DNA of 63,934 nt, counting the filler, from Lenisia limosa (lineage: Eukaryota; Protista; Breviatea), in the NCBI GenBank assembly GCA_001655205.1. It is 8 parts of 8 records of this genome, joined end to end, with 100 filler letters (N's around TTAATTAATTAA, not from the genome) between each part and the next. Parts side by side here need not be neighbours in the genome. Positions count along the whole stretch, not along the records: positions 1 to 11,256 come from LPNZ01006990.1; positions 11,357 to 26,439 come from LPNZ01008631.1; 6 more parts are not named here. The stretch is one strand, 5' to 3'. This document shows positions 1-12,418 of this stretch, piece by piece. How positions within the stretch are numbered: position 1 is the first letter of the stretch; every line of letters begins with the position of its first letter. Both the position numbers and the translations under genes were made by a program. A model generated the notes under the pieces. The model saw nothing but the letters and a program-made list of their open reading frames with translations. It did no database searches and had not been told where the DNA came from.

Positions 1-138
1 AAATAAAACACGCCGCCTGAGCCTTATCTACCATGTTTAAAGTAAAAAAAATTAACTCTGGGGTGTGGAAGAGACTGGAGTCGCCCATCAAGACGTCATT
101 GGATCTGAAGCACGTCCACGGTGTTGTCGTCGTAGGCT

Positions 139-1222
139 GAAATTGGTGAGATGCTTGGAAATTTATGTGAGAAAAATCCAAATGAATTGTATAAGTAAAA
201 CAAAGGGAGGGCAGGGGCTGGTCATATTTGCTGATGTGACCTAAAGACAAAATTACTTGTGACCATTTCTTGGCATGAACCACAAATATAGCCTCGCTAT
301 AAACTCAGATAGTCATTACAAAGACAAGCTACAGTTCGAACCCACAGTATCAACTGAGCTGGTGGGTTGAAGAAAGTCTTCTGAGTATTAAGAATAGCGA
401 ATGCCCGTGGCCATTTTACCCTTCATTCTATTTTACACCTTTCCATTTGTGATATGCCTATTCTGTGTGTCACATCACGTATACAATATGTTTAGAGGAT
501 ATTACTGTATTTCTTCCCATGACATAGAACTGATTTCAGAAAATCTAATGGTCTCCCTTGATATTGTATATCAAAAAGTTGTGCTGGAAAATATTGTTGT
601 CAGGGCCCATTATCACCTGAACGATGGCGAGCGAACCCTTCTCTCTCAAGGCAGCGTTGAAAGAATTTGCAGCAATTTTTTTTTGGATAACTTCTAATAC
701 ATGCATTTGATGTCACAAGGACGGGCTTATCCGTGACCACAAAGGCCTTCCATATCCAGCCACATTTCTGAAAAACCTTCATGAATTCTCGGTATGCCCT
801 CAGCCCAAATTGCTGAGCTAATTGTCGCTCACAAGGTAGTAGAACTCAGGTAATGAATAATCCAGCCCCCGCCATACTATGAGCCATTCGGCGACTCTTT
901 CGTGATTGACCGTGCTGCTCTACAGGAGGTTGAGCGTTTGGAGAAGGTGGGGGGGGGGGGTNNNNNNNNNNNNNNNNNNNNNNNNNNNNNNNNNNNNNNN
1001 NNNNNNNNNNNNNNNNNNNNNNTCCAGCGTCAAGCAGGAAGTTTTGAGAGCGTTTCTACCCAAGACGCGCCTGAAGGCCAAGGGGCTGAAACTCCCGAAA
1101 ATAGATGGGATCAGGGATCTGGTTATGGTGGTCATGGATCTGGGATCTGGTTAGGGATCTGGCGGCGTTCACCACTTTTGCCAAAAACCACCCCCCTTAC
1201 TCCTTTTGGCGAAATATATTAA
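139..1222 (+). CDS. 3' part of an uncharacterised multi-exon gene (approximate span; 5' end outside window)
   Basis: Open segments bounded by GT..AG: AEIGEMLGNLCEKNPNELY, ENLMVSLDIVYQKVVLENIVVRAHYHL, PYYEPFGDSFVIDRAALQEVERLEK|GTGGGG, RQAGSFESVSTQDAPEG. No family recognised. Confidence 0.4.
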
Positions 1223-1959
1223 AAAGGAAGAAAACAGGAAGAAAGGAGGAAAACGCTGGAAAAACGAGAAGATATAGATATCAGCTATTTTTTTATTAGT
1301 TCAGTGTTTTTAGTATGGTAGAGACGGAGGTAGTATTCACATTTTATCGAATCCCACTCTCCAGCCTATCTCCTAAGGACCCTGAGACATGAAGCCACCC
1401 TCAACTATGATGTCAATTTTTATTCAAAAGCCTCCGTTGACCTTTCAGGCGATAACGTTGACCACAATGATGTTGGAAAGTAAAGAACCTTTGATTTCTT
1501 TGATAACTATAGCGCAGTAGCGGAGATCTAGAGTATGATTTTTTCATGAGAATTCATACTTTAGGGCTTCTATTTATCTTGACATTGTTGAGCTTTTGAA
1601 GGTCCATAGTCAAACCCCAATTGTCACAGTCATAAAAAAGGTATAGTTTTGGATCATGGGTGGTGATATTAACATTATCAGAAGCCCTTAATTCATCATG
1701 TTCCCGCCCGACCACTCCCCTTCCCATTGGTTTAGGTCCAGTCATCCCTAACCCCCCGAATCGACTGATGAGAAGAGAAGGGCATTCAGGTTGAGGGTTG
1801 AAATGTTCATGATAGATATGTACATCTTAAAAACCATTTGGTTAATTTAATGTTATTACATCATCCCTTTATACACAAAATGTAATTAAGTTCAAGTCAT
1901 TCCGAGTAAAGTGGCAGTTGATCCCTCTTATTTACTTTTAGAAACTGGGGTTATAATTA

Positions 1960-2846
1960 TGTCTAATCGCGTCCGAAAGCCAGCCCCAAATCACTTCCCT
2001 GTGACCCTCCCTCTTCTAAAAGATGCTAAGAGCGGAGAGGATCCTGTCCATAAGAGAGAAAAAATATTTATCTCAAAAAGGCAATTGAAGCCTATACTGA
2101 CTTCGACAACATTGGAAATCGCCCAGCAATGATTTCATTCCTCCATATGACTGCGACAGTTCTTTTTCAATGGTGATTCCAAGAACAACTTTTCTTCGCT
2201 CATTGACCCGCTTTGTCCATCAAAAGCCTGTGAAAAAGTCAGAAGATGTTTTTGTCTTCTTTGGAAATACGAAGGGACGTAAGTCACTCGGAAAGGATGC
2301 CAAGAAAGAGGCTGAAGAAACATGCCGTAAGCTACAATCGGTAAGAGGTATTACTTTGTTGTGGAAAGTATCACTGTTTCCTTCAGGACATATATATACA
2401 TATTTGTTGATATAGAAAACTGCTGACTTATTTTAGATGGTGGTCTCAATGAAGATCGAGGACATTGTGAGAAAGCTGCAGGAGAATGACTCAATGAGGA
2501 GAGGTTCAAAGACCCTCAGACTTGGATCTACAAAAGGCACAAGTAAGCTCTGCACTTTTTGGATGATTAGATATCTGTGAGTAGTTTTGACTATTTTCAC
2601 ACAATTTTCTTTTCATTTATTATTGTGATTTCCACTAACATGCGAAGCCAGAGAGCACCCTCATCATGGCCCGTCTCTGGAATGCTGGAGTTCGCAGTTA
2701 TTCCGTAGGGCTAGAGAAATTTTAGCATAATTGTGGTCTTTTTTTGTTTTGTTGCCTTGTTGATGTAGTTTTTGTCACTATCACTTCCACCCCTTTCCTC
2801 ACAACATAAAGAAGGATTCATCCCTACTGATGCTCAGAGGGTGGGG
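1960..2846 (+). CDS. Uncharacterised multi-exon gene, possibly frameshifted near 2100-2130
   Basis: Exon-like segments MVIPRTTFLRSL...TCRKLQS|gtaaga, ttttag|MVVSMKIEDIVRKLQENDSMRRGSKTLRLGSTKG|gtaag, STLIMARLWNAGVRSYS. The upstream ORF MSNRVRKPAP is in another frame. Confidence 0.35.
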
Positions 2847-2979
2847 TCTTGCAATTTATACTCGTTGCCATTTTGCCCAAAAAAGTAATAGTGGGAAGAA
2901 AAGAGGCAGTAGAGGAGAATAATAGAAATTATTGTGTTTGAAACAAAAAACAAAAAAGAAACGAAGGAAAATTTAAAGG

Positions 2980-4899
2980 TAAATATTGGCGTCAAGATAT
3001 CTTCACAGTAAAAAAAAGACTGATTTTGATTTGCATATCATATTGTATGTTTATTATAGTAAAGAGCGACGGAAATTAGGATATTTAAATTTCACAACAG
3101 TCAACACTCATGATATAAAAGCCACAAACAAGGGGGTTGTGTCCTGATAGATGACTTCCATGAGCCCAGTTCCTTGACTCGTTTCCAGGAAATTCTCTAG
3201 TGGAGTTAGGCTTTGAGTTAATAAAATTATTAAAACACAGTCCCTAACTCGTCCCAAAAAGGGCAGACAAGTCATCAAACAATATTATCACCACTGTTGC
3301 TTAAAACAAAACACTCTGACATTATCCCGCCTTACCTAAAACTCGAGCTGCTGGGAATGCCGCCCTCTTTTCCTCTTGAGATGAAGCTAAATGCTGGTGC
3401 TCAACAAATGTGAGAAATATGGCAATCAAGGGGCAAAGGTGAAAAATAATCCTTTTTTTTCTCTCATAATTTTGTGAATAAAAGTAGTATTGTTCACCCT
3501 TCTTCAGGCGAGGCTGCGACATATCTGAAACCTGAGCCAAACTGAAACAGGAAAAAAATAAATACATTGGCGAATTGTTACAGCGTTTCTGATGGATTTG
3601 TTAAGCTACAAAATAAGAGGCACGGCAGAAATATAACCAACTTTTCATATTCAAAGTCTTTATTTCCAGAGTTCACAGAAAATTTGGACCTTGATCTTTT
3701 GCCTGATCTTCGTGTGGCTTTGACAGCCCTCTGGTTGTGTTGTAAGACACTGTATTAACCTACCTGCCATGCTTCGACACCCGGGTTAGATTCAAATTGG
3801 TCGGGGTCCTCCCATTTTGGAAGTCCCTCCCAGTGTCGGAATATCAAAATGGCAAAGGCAGTAAGCGACAACGGCATGATACACACATTGGCAAGCAAGA
3901 GACCATTTCCAGCAATACTTGCAGTTTCACCCAAATTTTCTGTCAAGCCAGAAGGGCCGGTCACCCTACAACAGTGTGAATAAAGAAATTAGTTTTTGAT
4001 AATCTTACAGCATGATAATCACAGATGCCGTGTGAATAAAATAGGATGTCACACCACTTCGTATCACAAATTGCGAGAAAGAGGCCGAACAGACGGCAAA
4101 CATAGACATCATTAAAACAACAAGAGCCAAGACTGAGGATATGAACCACAGTCTTGAGAGTCCAATTGCTTCATTGACAGCAGCAGACATACTCTCCGCC
4201 ATGAGATTAAAGGAGGAAGACATCTTGAAGACTATCAAACGCGAGAAACGGGAAACAAACCTCATCACTTGTCTTATTCATAACATTGATACCATTCTCC
4301 ATTGTCTCAGTAAATTGTACAAATGCCTTGATTGCTTCTCTGGAAAGTTAAAATGACACACAGGTCCCACGCTCCATTAATTGAGACTTCTTTGGCGACG
4401 TTGTCCGTGGCCGCCACCACTTTATCAATGGAATCCGCAACAAGGATCCCTGAAGAATTGAATACCGATCCCCACTCGCTAAAAGCTGATGACACATCAA
4501 CAATCCCTGAATTCATCCCTCTAAAAAGGTAATAAAAGTAATTGTTGACTCGCTTACCCCCAGCTCTTATCAACAACCTCCATCATTAAAATGGAACCAT
4601 TTGAGAATTGAGCAAAGGAAGATTGAAAGGCATCTAAACCGGTTTCAACAATAGTCATAAACTCTTTCGCCATAACAAGACTCTCTTCTAAGGGCTGCGA
4701 TATAAGCAACAACCGTCCAACAAACCTCTTTGAAGGAAGCCATTATATCATTTGTCTGTTCAATGTGTGTCCAAATCTTTGGTTCCCAGTCCATTTCATG
4801 CTTGAGTGAAACCTCTGCTCCTCGACATGTCACAAAAATCAGGGAAGCAAATAAGGCTAGTAGAAAACCCAACTTTCCCCTCATGGTAAAGGCCATCAT
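2980..4899 (-). CDS. Uncharacterised membrane protein with signal peptide (multi-exon; 3' end approximate)
   Basis: N-terminal hydrophobic signal-like segment MRGKLGFLLALFASLIFVTCRGAE. Later hydrophobic exons LWFISSVLALVVLMMSMFAVC and GLLLANVCIMPLSLTAFAILIF, separated by GT-AG introns. Confidence 0.5.
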
Positions 4900-5201
4900 A
4901 GAGCCAAAAGACCACCCAAGTGGCTATGAGGAGAAGGGGAAAGGACAGGAGAAGGTGAGTTTGATAATACTCCGATCAAAAACGCTCAAATACTAATCCT
5001 TCGCTAATATCGAGCTAATATATATAATAATAACCTAATCCAATAATAACCGCTGCTACAGGCCGGAAGGCCGGGGATTTTTCAGGGAAGAGGCCGTACC
5101 GGGGTTTCGGCTGGCCGGTTTATTTTCCATTTTTTCCAAAGCACCCTTTTCACTGTTATCGATTGGTTATCTGTTGGTTGTATATTTTTAAAGAAGAAAA
5201 A

Positions 5202-8200
5202 ATGGCTGCCACAGAGCAAGCTTCCATCAAAACCTCCTATAGGGAAGATGCGATTTTCGAACAGCTGTTTGGAGGTATGCCCTTCCGCCTTCTGACCCAT
5301 AATCATGACCAATATTATTTAAAATACAGGAGGACCGCTTAGGGTGACCCCTACTGGCAACCACCTCATTGCTGCATGTGGAGAGGATATCAATGTGATC
5401 GCGGTTGCCACCGGAGAGCTTGAGCGCGTGCTTACGGGTGATGGGGAGCAGATCACAAGTATCTGCGTACATCCCACTCTTCAGCACTGTATTGTGTCGT
5501 CAAGGAGCTATCAGGTTCGGCCAACTAACCCCATTCCTTCTCTGTTCTTTCTTATATAATTCTATGAACTAATAATAGTTGTTTTTTTTAATTAGCTTTA
5601 CTTTCAGAATGGTAGCTCATTATGAGCAATGAATTGATTTATTATGATGTATGTTGCTGATATCGAGAATCAGAATAGTGCTACCTTGAACTTCGGCATC
5701 CTGGTCACGCTTTAGACTTACCATATTGACTTCACAACTGGCGAAGTAATCCGACAATGGAAGGTTTGATGCCTATTATGAGGGCTAATTAATGAATAAA
5801 ATGGCGGAGCACAAAGCTCTGTATACTAATTTGTAAGGCAAATGAGTGGGTTAATCTATTTGATGATAAGCTACTATAATATCTCCAAACGTAATCTTAT
5901 GTGGCTTCGACGAAATAATTATTTTTATTTCTAATTTGCAGCACATATGTTTAGGGGGCTAATTCATGAATAACAATAGTGGTAGGCTGGAGTTATCTTG
6001 GGGTGGTTTTTCAACTGAGCACATAGGCATTTGATTCACCCGTCATGGACGCCTCGTTTGACCCCAGTGGATCTCTGATCGCTCTTGCTTCGGCTGAATC
6101 CAAGGTCCGTGTCTACGACCTGAAGAGAGGTGGGGGGGTTATATGAAAGGCGTGAAGAGACTTGGATGTTGATCGTTGCTGACTATGCAGGTCACCTGAC
6201 ACATAACTTCGAAGGCCATCCCGGTGTATGCCATTGGGACTGATTTATCGCATTAATCAGGGGTCTTTTTTGTTTCCTTCTTAAATTCATCATTGACATT
6301 TCCTTCACTATCTAACCCTCCCGCAGGTTGTCATGGTTTGTGAGTTCCACCCAGACCCGGACCGGCAGCTTCTGATCTCCGGCGGCGCGGACGGCGCAAT
6401 CTGCGTGTTCGATATGATGACTAGAGAGTGGGTGGTGCTCGATATGATGACGAGGGGTGTGGGTGGGGTGATCTATGTGAGTGGTAGTTGTCTGATTTTT
6501 GGTGTTATTTAGACCATTAATGAAGGGTCACTTTTTGGGACTTTCCAAGAGAAGCCCCCCCCCCCCACTAGCTAAGGTGAAATATGCATGATACATACGT
6601 CGAGTTTGATTTACTAAGAATTGAGCCTTCTCTTTTTGCATCCGAAGATGACCTCTACAGGCAACTAGTGCGGTTCAAGAAGCACACCGCTCCCGTGACG
6701 GCCATCACATTCAGTCCGGACGGATCCCGAATGATGTCCACCGGGTGGGGGGGGGGGGNNNNNNNNNNNNNNNNNNNNNNNNNNNNNNNNNNNNNNNNNN
6801 NNNNNNNNNNNNNNNNNNNNNNNNNNNNNNNNNNNNNNNNNNNNNNNNNNNATTGTACAAAGGGATATTTTGATTCAATCTTCATTAGCAGTATTATTTA
6901 CCCACGTCTAGACGCGATAACATAATGTGCCTCTGGAACCTTGACGACTTCGGACTCCTCACCACCATCAAAATCGAGGAGGTGGGTGGCGGAATCCCTG
7001 TGATGGTGTGGTACAATGCAAAATAACAGTTTTTCTATTATATACTACCACAGGTGCTTTTTAACTATTCCTCAGACTGTGGAATCAATGGTTACTCTGA
7101 ACCCTCCCTCAACTATGGCCATCCCCACCGCCAAGGCTGCTAAACACTCCCTCGATACCCCAGGTTTGTGAGTTATCAGAAATACATTAAAATAAAATAA
7201 GCTGATCAGAGATATTGGATTATAGTGTAATATAGTTCACGCAATCATTTGCCTTACAACTCTGTGTCTAACTTTCTGCGTGCCTCCCCGCATACGCTAT
7301 TGTTATTCTTTTTTAACATGACGAAGTTGACTTTTTTGGCCCAACTTTCTTTCACATCTTAGAATACACTCAGCACGTCTTTGTGGCAACATGTGGTGAA
7401 GAGTCCAAAATCAAGGTCTGCTCTGATCCACTAATCATTCCTCCTAATAGTTTTTATCGATATTTTATGGACAAAAGTTGTTGTGCTCTTCCCTGAGTAC
7501 CAAGCATTTGCGTTATGGATTCAGCTTTGGGACCTTTCATTGGGTCGCTGCGTGTCAATGGAGGAACATGCCCCTCTTTCAAAGATGATGCCTTTCGAGC
7601 AAATGAGGTAATGCTCCACACCTTTCATGGTTACCTACTCTTTACCACCCCCCCCCCCACATCTCCATCCTCACCCCCCCACACACACAGTCTCTGTCCC
7701 GGTACGGGTGAACTGGTATCGAGTCGCTACGACCAAACAATTGCGTTCCATCAGATCCTGTGGCCCCAGGAAGATGAACAGGTTTGTGTTATCGATATTT
7801 ATCTCTTTTGACTTAAGTAGAATTTTCTGAATAGTATCGAGAAATAGCGCTTAATTTACCGCTTTAGGAGTACATCATCAAAGAGTCAAAGTTGATTTGC
7901 GGTAACCATGAGGAAGTCTACGCTGCTAAGGTAAGGTTCAAATCACCGGATGGGTTCACAATCTACACTGTGTTTCCTGCTTTTAAACCGTTTAGCTCAT
8001 AAAGTTGACATCTTTTTTGTTCCATCAATATTCTTTTATCGACCCAGTTTATCTCGGAACACAACGTGCTACTGGCAACGAACACTGAGTCTCTTCGCCT
8101 CATCGACACCTCTTCGCAACACTGTTCTCTTATGCACGGACATCAGGAAATCGGTTGGTCCTTTCCACGATTATCGCCCATCAATGAGATTACGTGGTTT

Positions 8201-11200
8201 TCACCCCCAGTACTTTCGTTGTCCTAACCCCTCCCCAGTACTTTCGTTGGACGTGTCATCGGACGGCAAAAGAGCCATATCATGCGGCAAGGACTGCACT
8301 GTCAAGTACTGGGATCTCGAAAACAGGAGGTGTGGGGGGCTTTCGTTGATTTTTTTTTTTGTCTGTCTTTGGTTGCGTGTACGTTTGGGTAGACTAGCTT
8401 GGGTAGACTAGCTTGGGTAGACTAGCTTGGGATCGTATACTGCTCATATTATTGCTTTTTGTCTCTTTATTTTTTTTGTTTGGAGTTTCAGAATATTCGG
8501 TTTACGCCAATAATCTTTATCGATTTTTTTTGTCTCACCCCACCCCCCAGACTTCTTGCCTCGGGAATTGGACACACGTCGGACGTAACTTGTGTGGCGC
8601 TGGCGCCTAAGTTCGGCAAATACGCTGTGTCCTCAGGGTGAGTGGTGCGTCCTTGGTGATGGTGGACAATCATTTCTTGTGCATATCGGTAAACCAAAGG
8701 TTTAGAGCAGAAATTAATATTATATGTCTCTATCGATATACTCTTGTTTATCCAAGGGGTGGGGGTAGACACGATCTTGTAAACCTTATTGTACTTGTTG
8801 CAGAAAGGACATGATGCTCAAAATGTGGAACCTGGATAATGTTGAGAAGAAACTCGTCTCGAAAGGTGGGGAAATAACTTTGTACCCAATGTGTGGTCTT
8901 TTATCACCGACTTACGCATTAGGAACCCCGAAGCTCCCTCTGCCGCTCAGTTGCACGTTCACTGTCAAAGCCCATGATAAAGAGACCAACTCGGTTGCAA
9001 TTTCGCCCAATGACAGACTTGTCGCAACTGGTAGGGGGGAGGGGATATGAAGGACGCATTTGTCAAATAATTAAGTGACCAAATTCCTTTTACCATCCCT
9101 TTAATGCCTTGCAGGGGGTATGGACAAGATGTGTCACATTTGGAACGCTGCCGACTTGACTAAACTGAATACTTGCAAGGGTGAGCTAAGCTGCTGCTGC
9201 TGTTCTACTCTGAAATTGGTCAACACATTGTTTTACCCCTTTCCAGGCCACCGCCGTGGTGTTTGGTCTGTTACATTTTCGTCAATTGACCGTGTTGTTG
9301 CTACCACCAGGTGGGCACCGTAATATCCATTGGGCTTTCGATCTAATGATCTGATATCGTTTGATCTGAGATGGATTGTTTGACGTTGTAGCGCGGACCG
9401 GACAGCCAAGATTTGGAGCTTACAAGACTTCAGCTGTCTCAAGGTACAAGGGCAACTTGGTGTCTTGTTGGATTCTCTCTTGGGTGCTATCTGACATCTC
9501 CATTGTATCAAGCCGCAATTTATTTGCTTAGACTTTCGAAGGACACACATCTTCCGTGCTTAACGCTGCTTTCATCTCTTCAGGATTACAGCTGGTGGGG
9601 GGGGGGGAGGTAAAGATAAGGAATACAAACAGAATTTTATAAGAAGGGAAAGAAGTAAACAGAGTGCGTGTAATGCCAAGGCCATATATGTGCGGCTTGT
9701 TAACAGATATGTTGTCCAAATATGTTGTTAAAAGCAAATTTCCTCTTGATTTCCCCGCTACTTTTTTGTTGAGCGAGCCAACAACAACAGCAGCACACAG
9801 CTGACTAACACTGCAGTTGACTGTTGGAAGTGACGCTCTAATGAAAATCTGGAACATCAAGAACAGCGAGTGTGCAGGCACCTTCGATAACCACGAAGAC
9901 AAGGTGCGTTATGCGGTAGTTCGTCAAGTCTTTTCACAGTCTTTGCATAGCCCCCTTGTACATGGTAAACACGATTTAACGGCACAGATTTGGGCTCTTG
10001 CCGTTGACGAAGATGGAAAGAAGGTCCTGACAGCCGGTGCTGACTCAAGCATCACTATCTGGAGGGACGCAACTGAAGAAGTCAAGGAGGAGGTCAAGGT
10101 CGAAGCCGAGACCAAAATGCTCAAGTGGGGGGGGGGGGGNNNNNNNNNNNNNNNNNNNNNNNNNNNNNNNNNNNNNNNNNNNNNNNNNNNNNNNNNNNNN
10201 NNNNNNNNNNNNNNNNNNNNNNNNNNNNNNNNNNNNNNNNNNNNNNNNNNNNNNNNNNNNNNNNNNNNNNNNNNNNNNNNGCTAGGGAACAGGAGTTGGC
10301 AAACGCGCTGTTTGAAAAGGCCTACGAGAAGGCACTGACACTCGCTTTGAAACTTGGCCATCCGAGGCATTGTCTCACAGTCATCAGAGCTATTGAGGAG
10401 AAGGAGGGTCGCAGCATTGGTATGCCGCTGCATGTTTATGAAGCTTTTTGGAATGCTTAATGAAATTGAGATTTAGGGTCTATTTGCCTACAATGTCCCA
10501 TAACACGCTTTGTAACGTCATAGATGAAAACCCGTTGGACCACCTAGTAAAAGACATGGCCGTAGGGGACCTCACAAAACTCCTTCTCTTCGCCCGTGAC
10601 TGGAACACCAACGCCAAGTCCTGTCTTGCCGTGGGGGGGGGGGGTGAAACTGTTCNNNNNNNNNNNNNNNNNNNNNNNNNNNNNNNNNNNNNNNNNNNNN
10701 NNNNNNNNNNNNNNNNNNNNNNNNNNNNNNNNNNNNNNNNNNNNNNNNNNNNNNNNNNNNNNNNNNNNNNNNNNNNNNNNNNNNNNNNNNNNNNNNNNNN
10801 NNNNNNNNNNNNNNNNNNNNNNNNNNNNCAATTATCCAATTTTACTCCCCCCCCTCCCCAGGCCCATCATCTCATCAATGCCATTCTGAGAACTTGGGCA
10901 CCCGAGAAACTGGCTAAAATTGACGGAATCAGACAAGTATGTTCGTACCCTTCGGGTTTAGTTTTTTTCAAACTCCTATTATCAATACTCACATCAAGGG
11001 TTTTGTGTTACGATGTTCTGTCAACTTTTTTGTTTTTGTTGCATAAACCAGTATTCACCCCTCTCAGATTATTGCTGGAATCCTGGCGTACACTGAGCGT
11101 CACGTGACCAGATTGTCGTCACTTCAAAAGGCTTCGGGTCAGGCTCGCGAACTCGTTGACATTGCCCAAGGTGCCAAGACCCTTGATAGAGACAGTTTAA

Positions 11201-11229
11201 GGTATGATAGTGATGGGGACGACGGTTGA
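5202..11229 (+). CDS. UTP13: U3 snoRNP/SSU processome WD40 protein Utp13 (TBL3), many exons
   Basis: Spliced translation MAATEQASIKTSYREDAIFEQLFG|GGPLRVTPTG..., many WD repeats (HTAPVTAITFSPDGSRMMSTG, AHDKETNSVAISPNDRLVATG, GHRRGVWSVTFS, HEDK|IWALAV). Utp13 C-terminal domain EQELANALFEKAYEKALTLALKLGHP, LLLFARDWNTNAK, ILAYTERHVTRL. Confidence 0.93.
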
Positions 11230-11300
11230 AGGTAGTAGTTTTTTGCCATTTCTATANNNNNNNNNNNNNNNNNNNNNNNNNNNNNNNNNNNNNNNNNNNN

Positions 11301-11312
11301 TTAATTAATTAA
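11301..11312. other. Artificial contig linker N44-TTAATTAATTAA-N44 (also 26484, 37861, 39901, 42235, 56834, 58187)
   Basis: Identical 12-mer with stops in all six frames, centred in 100-nt N blocks, seven times. An assembly concatenation spacer, not biology. Confidence 0.97.
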
Positions 11313-11356
11313 NNNNNNNNNNNNNNNNNNNNNNNNNNNNNNNNNNNNNNNNNNNN

Positions 11357-12035
11357 TAGCCAAGCGGTTCCGTGAGGTTGAGAAGGAGCGTCACGAGCGC
11401 TTCATGAAGTGCTTCCAACACCTTGCCGACACCGTCAACGACGTCTACAAAGCTCTCACACAGTCACCCAGCTGCCCCAACGTAGGACATTCGTTTTTGC
11501 ATTACGTTTTGCCCGGGTTTTTGCTTGTTCCTTATAACTCACCACCCAGGGAGGCACGGCGTATTTGAGTTTAGACAGTTCTGAGACGCCGTGGTCAGAG
11601 GGAGTTCGGTTTAGTGCCATGCCCCCCCATAAGCGTTTCCGCGACATCAGCGATCTGAGTGGAGGAGAGAAAACGGTTGCATCACTGGCCCTGCTGTTCT
11701 CGGCTCACTCCTTCCGCCCCTCGCCATTCTACATTATGGACGAGGTTGACGCCGCTCTCGACCCCGTAAGCAATGTGGCTTTCTATATGCATATCCTTCG
11801 GTAGTATTGATGTTGTAATGGTCAAACCTCGCATTTCTGACCTTTGTAGACCAACGTGCAGAGAGTGTCACGGTTCCTACAGCAGAAGAGCAAGGAAACC
11901 CAAATGATTGTCATTTCTTTGAAGGAGACAGTGTACAGTAATGCGGACGGTCTTGTCGGAGTGTATCGCAACGTTGAAGAGGGCGGCAGTAAGGCTATTA
12001 CCTTGAGTCTGAGGAACTTCCCCACTTCTGTGTAA
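11357..12035 (+). CDS. SMC1: Cohesin subunit SMC1, C-terminal ATPase head (5' truncated by contig edge)
   Basis: GGTAYLSLDSSETPWSEGVRFSAMPPHKRFRDISDLSGGEKTVASLALLF, Walker B FYIMDEVDAALD|TN, and QMIVISLKETVYSNADGLVGVY. The MPPxKRFR motif is typical of SMC1. Confidence 0.93.
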
Positions 12036-12418
12036 TTCGGTGTAAAATAGGTTGATGATGTTTTGAATGTATATTAGTGTTGTACAACTTACAAAAGAAG
12101 CTTTTTGAACATTAAAAAAAATCCCTTTTTGGAAACAAACAGAATATATTGGAATAAGTTATAGGGCTATTGTAGCGATTGTCTCGCAGCCAATAGGAGG
12201 GCGTTTTGTTGGCTGTCCACCTCCTGTCGTAGTGAAGCCTAAGGGGTCAGCCATAACATAGATTAGTTTAATAGCCTTGTACTCACTTTCTCCACTTCAG
12301 GCAGTAAGAAGGATGACACAAGGGTGCGGACAACTTCATCAGGAGCACGTTGGCTGTTCCTGGGTTGTCAGGCAAGGGACAAGATCAAGGCAGAACAGGT
12401 GCCAAAATGTCCTTCCGC

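Noticed and set aside
947-961. G-runs at gap edges as a two-colour sequencing artefact
   Set aside because: The same runs occur in fully sequenced introns (6130, 8330, 9595, 44844, 59358) and flip to C-runs for minus-strand genes, so they are probably real. Exact run lengths remain unreliable.
1300-1800. Minus-strand ORF fragments and a CCCTAACCCCC telomere-like motif
   Set aside because: Multiple stops in all frames with no recognisable motif; a single hexamer is not a telomeric array.
5560-6030. Possible intronic C/D snoRNA in UTP13 introns (ATGATG, CTGA, repeated GGCTAATT(A/C)ATGAATAA)
   Set aside because: No convincing box C/D pair with terminal stem or guide complementarity could be identified by eye.
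11257-11356. Apparent adjacency of UTP13 and SMC1 (and other neighbours across TTAATTAATTAA)
   Set aside because: Artificial linker; the contigs are not known to be adjacent.
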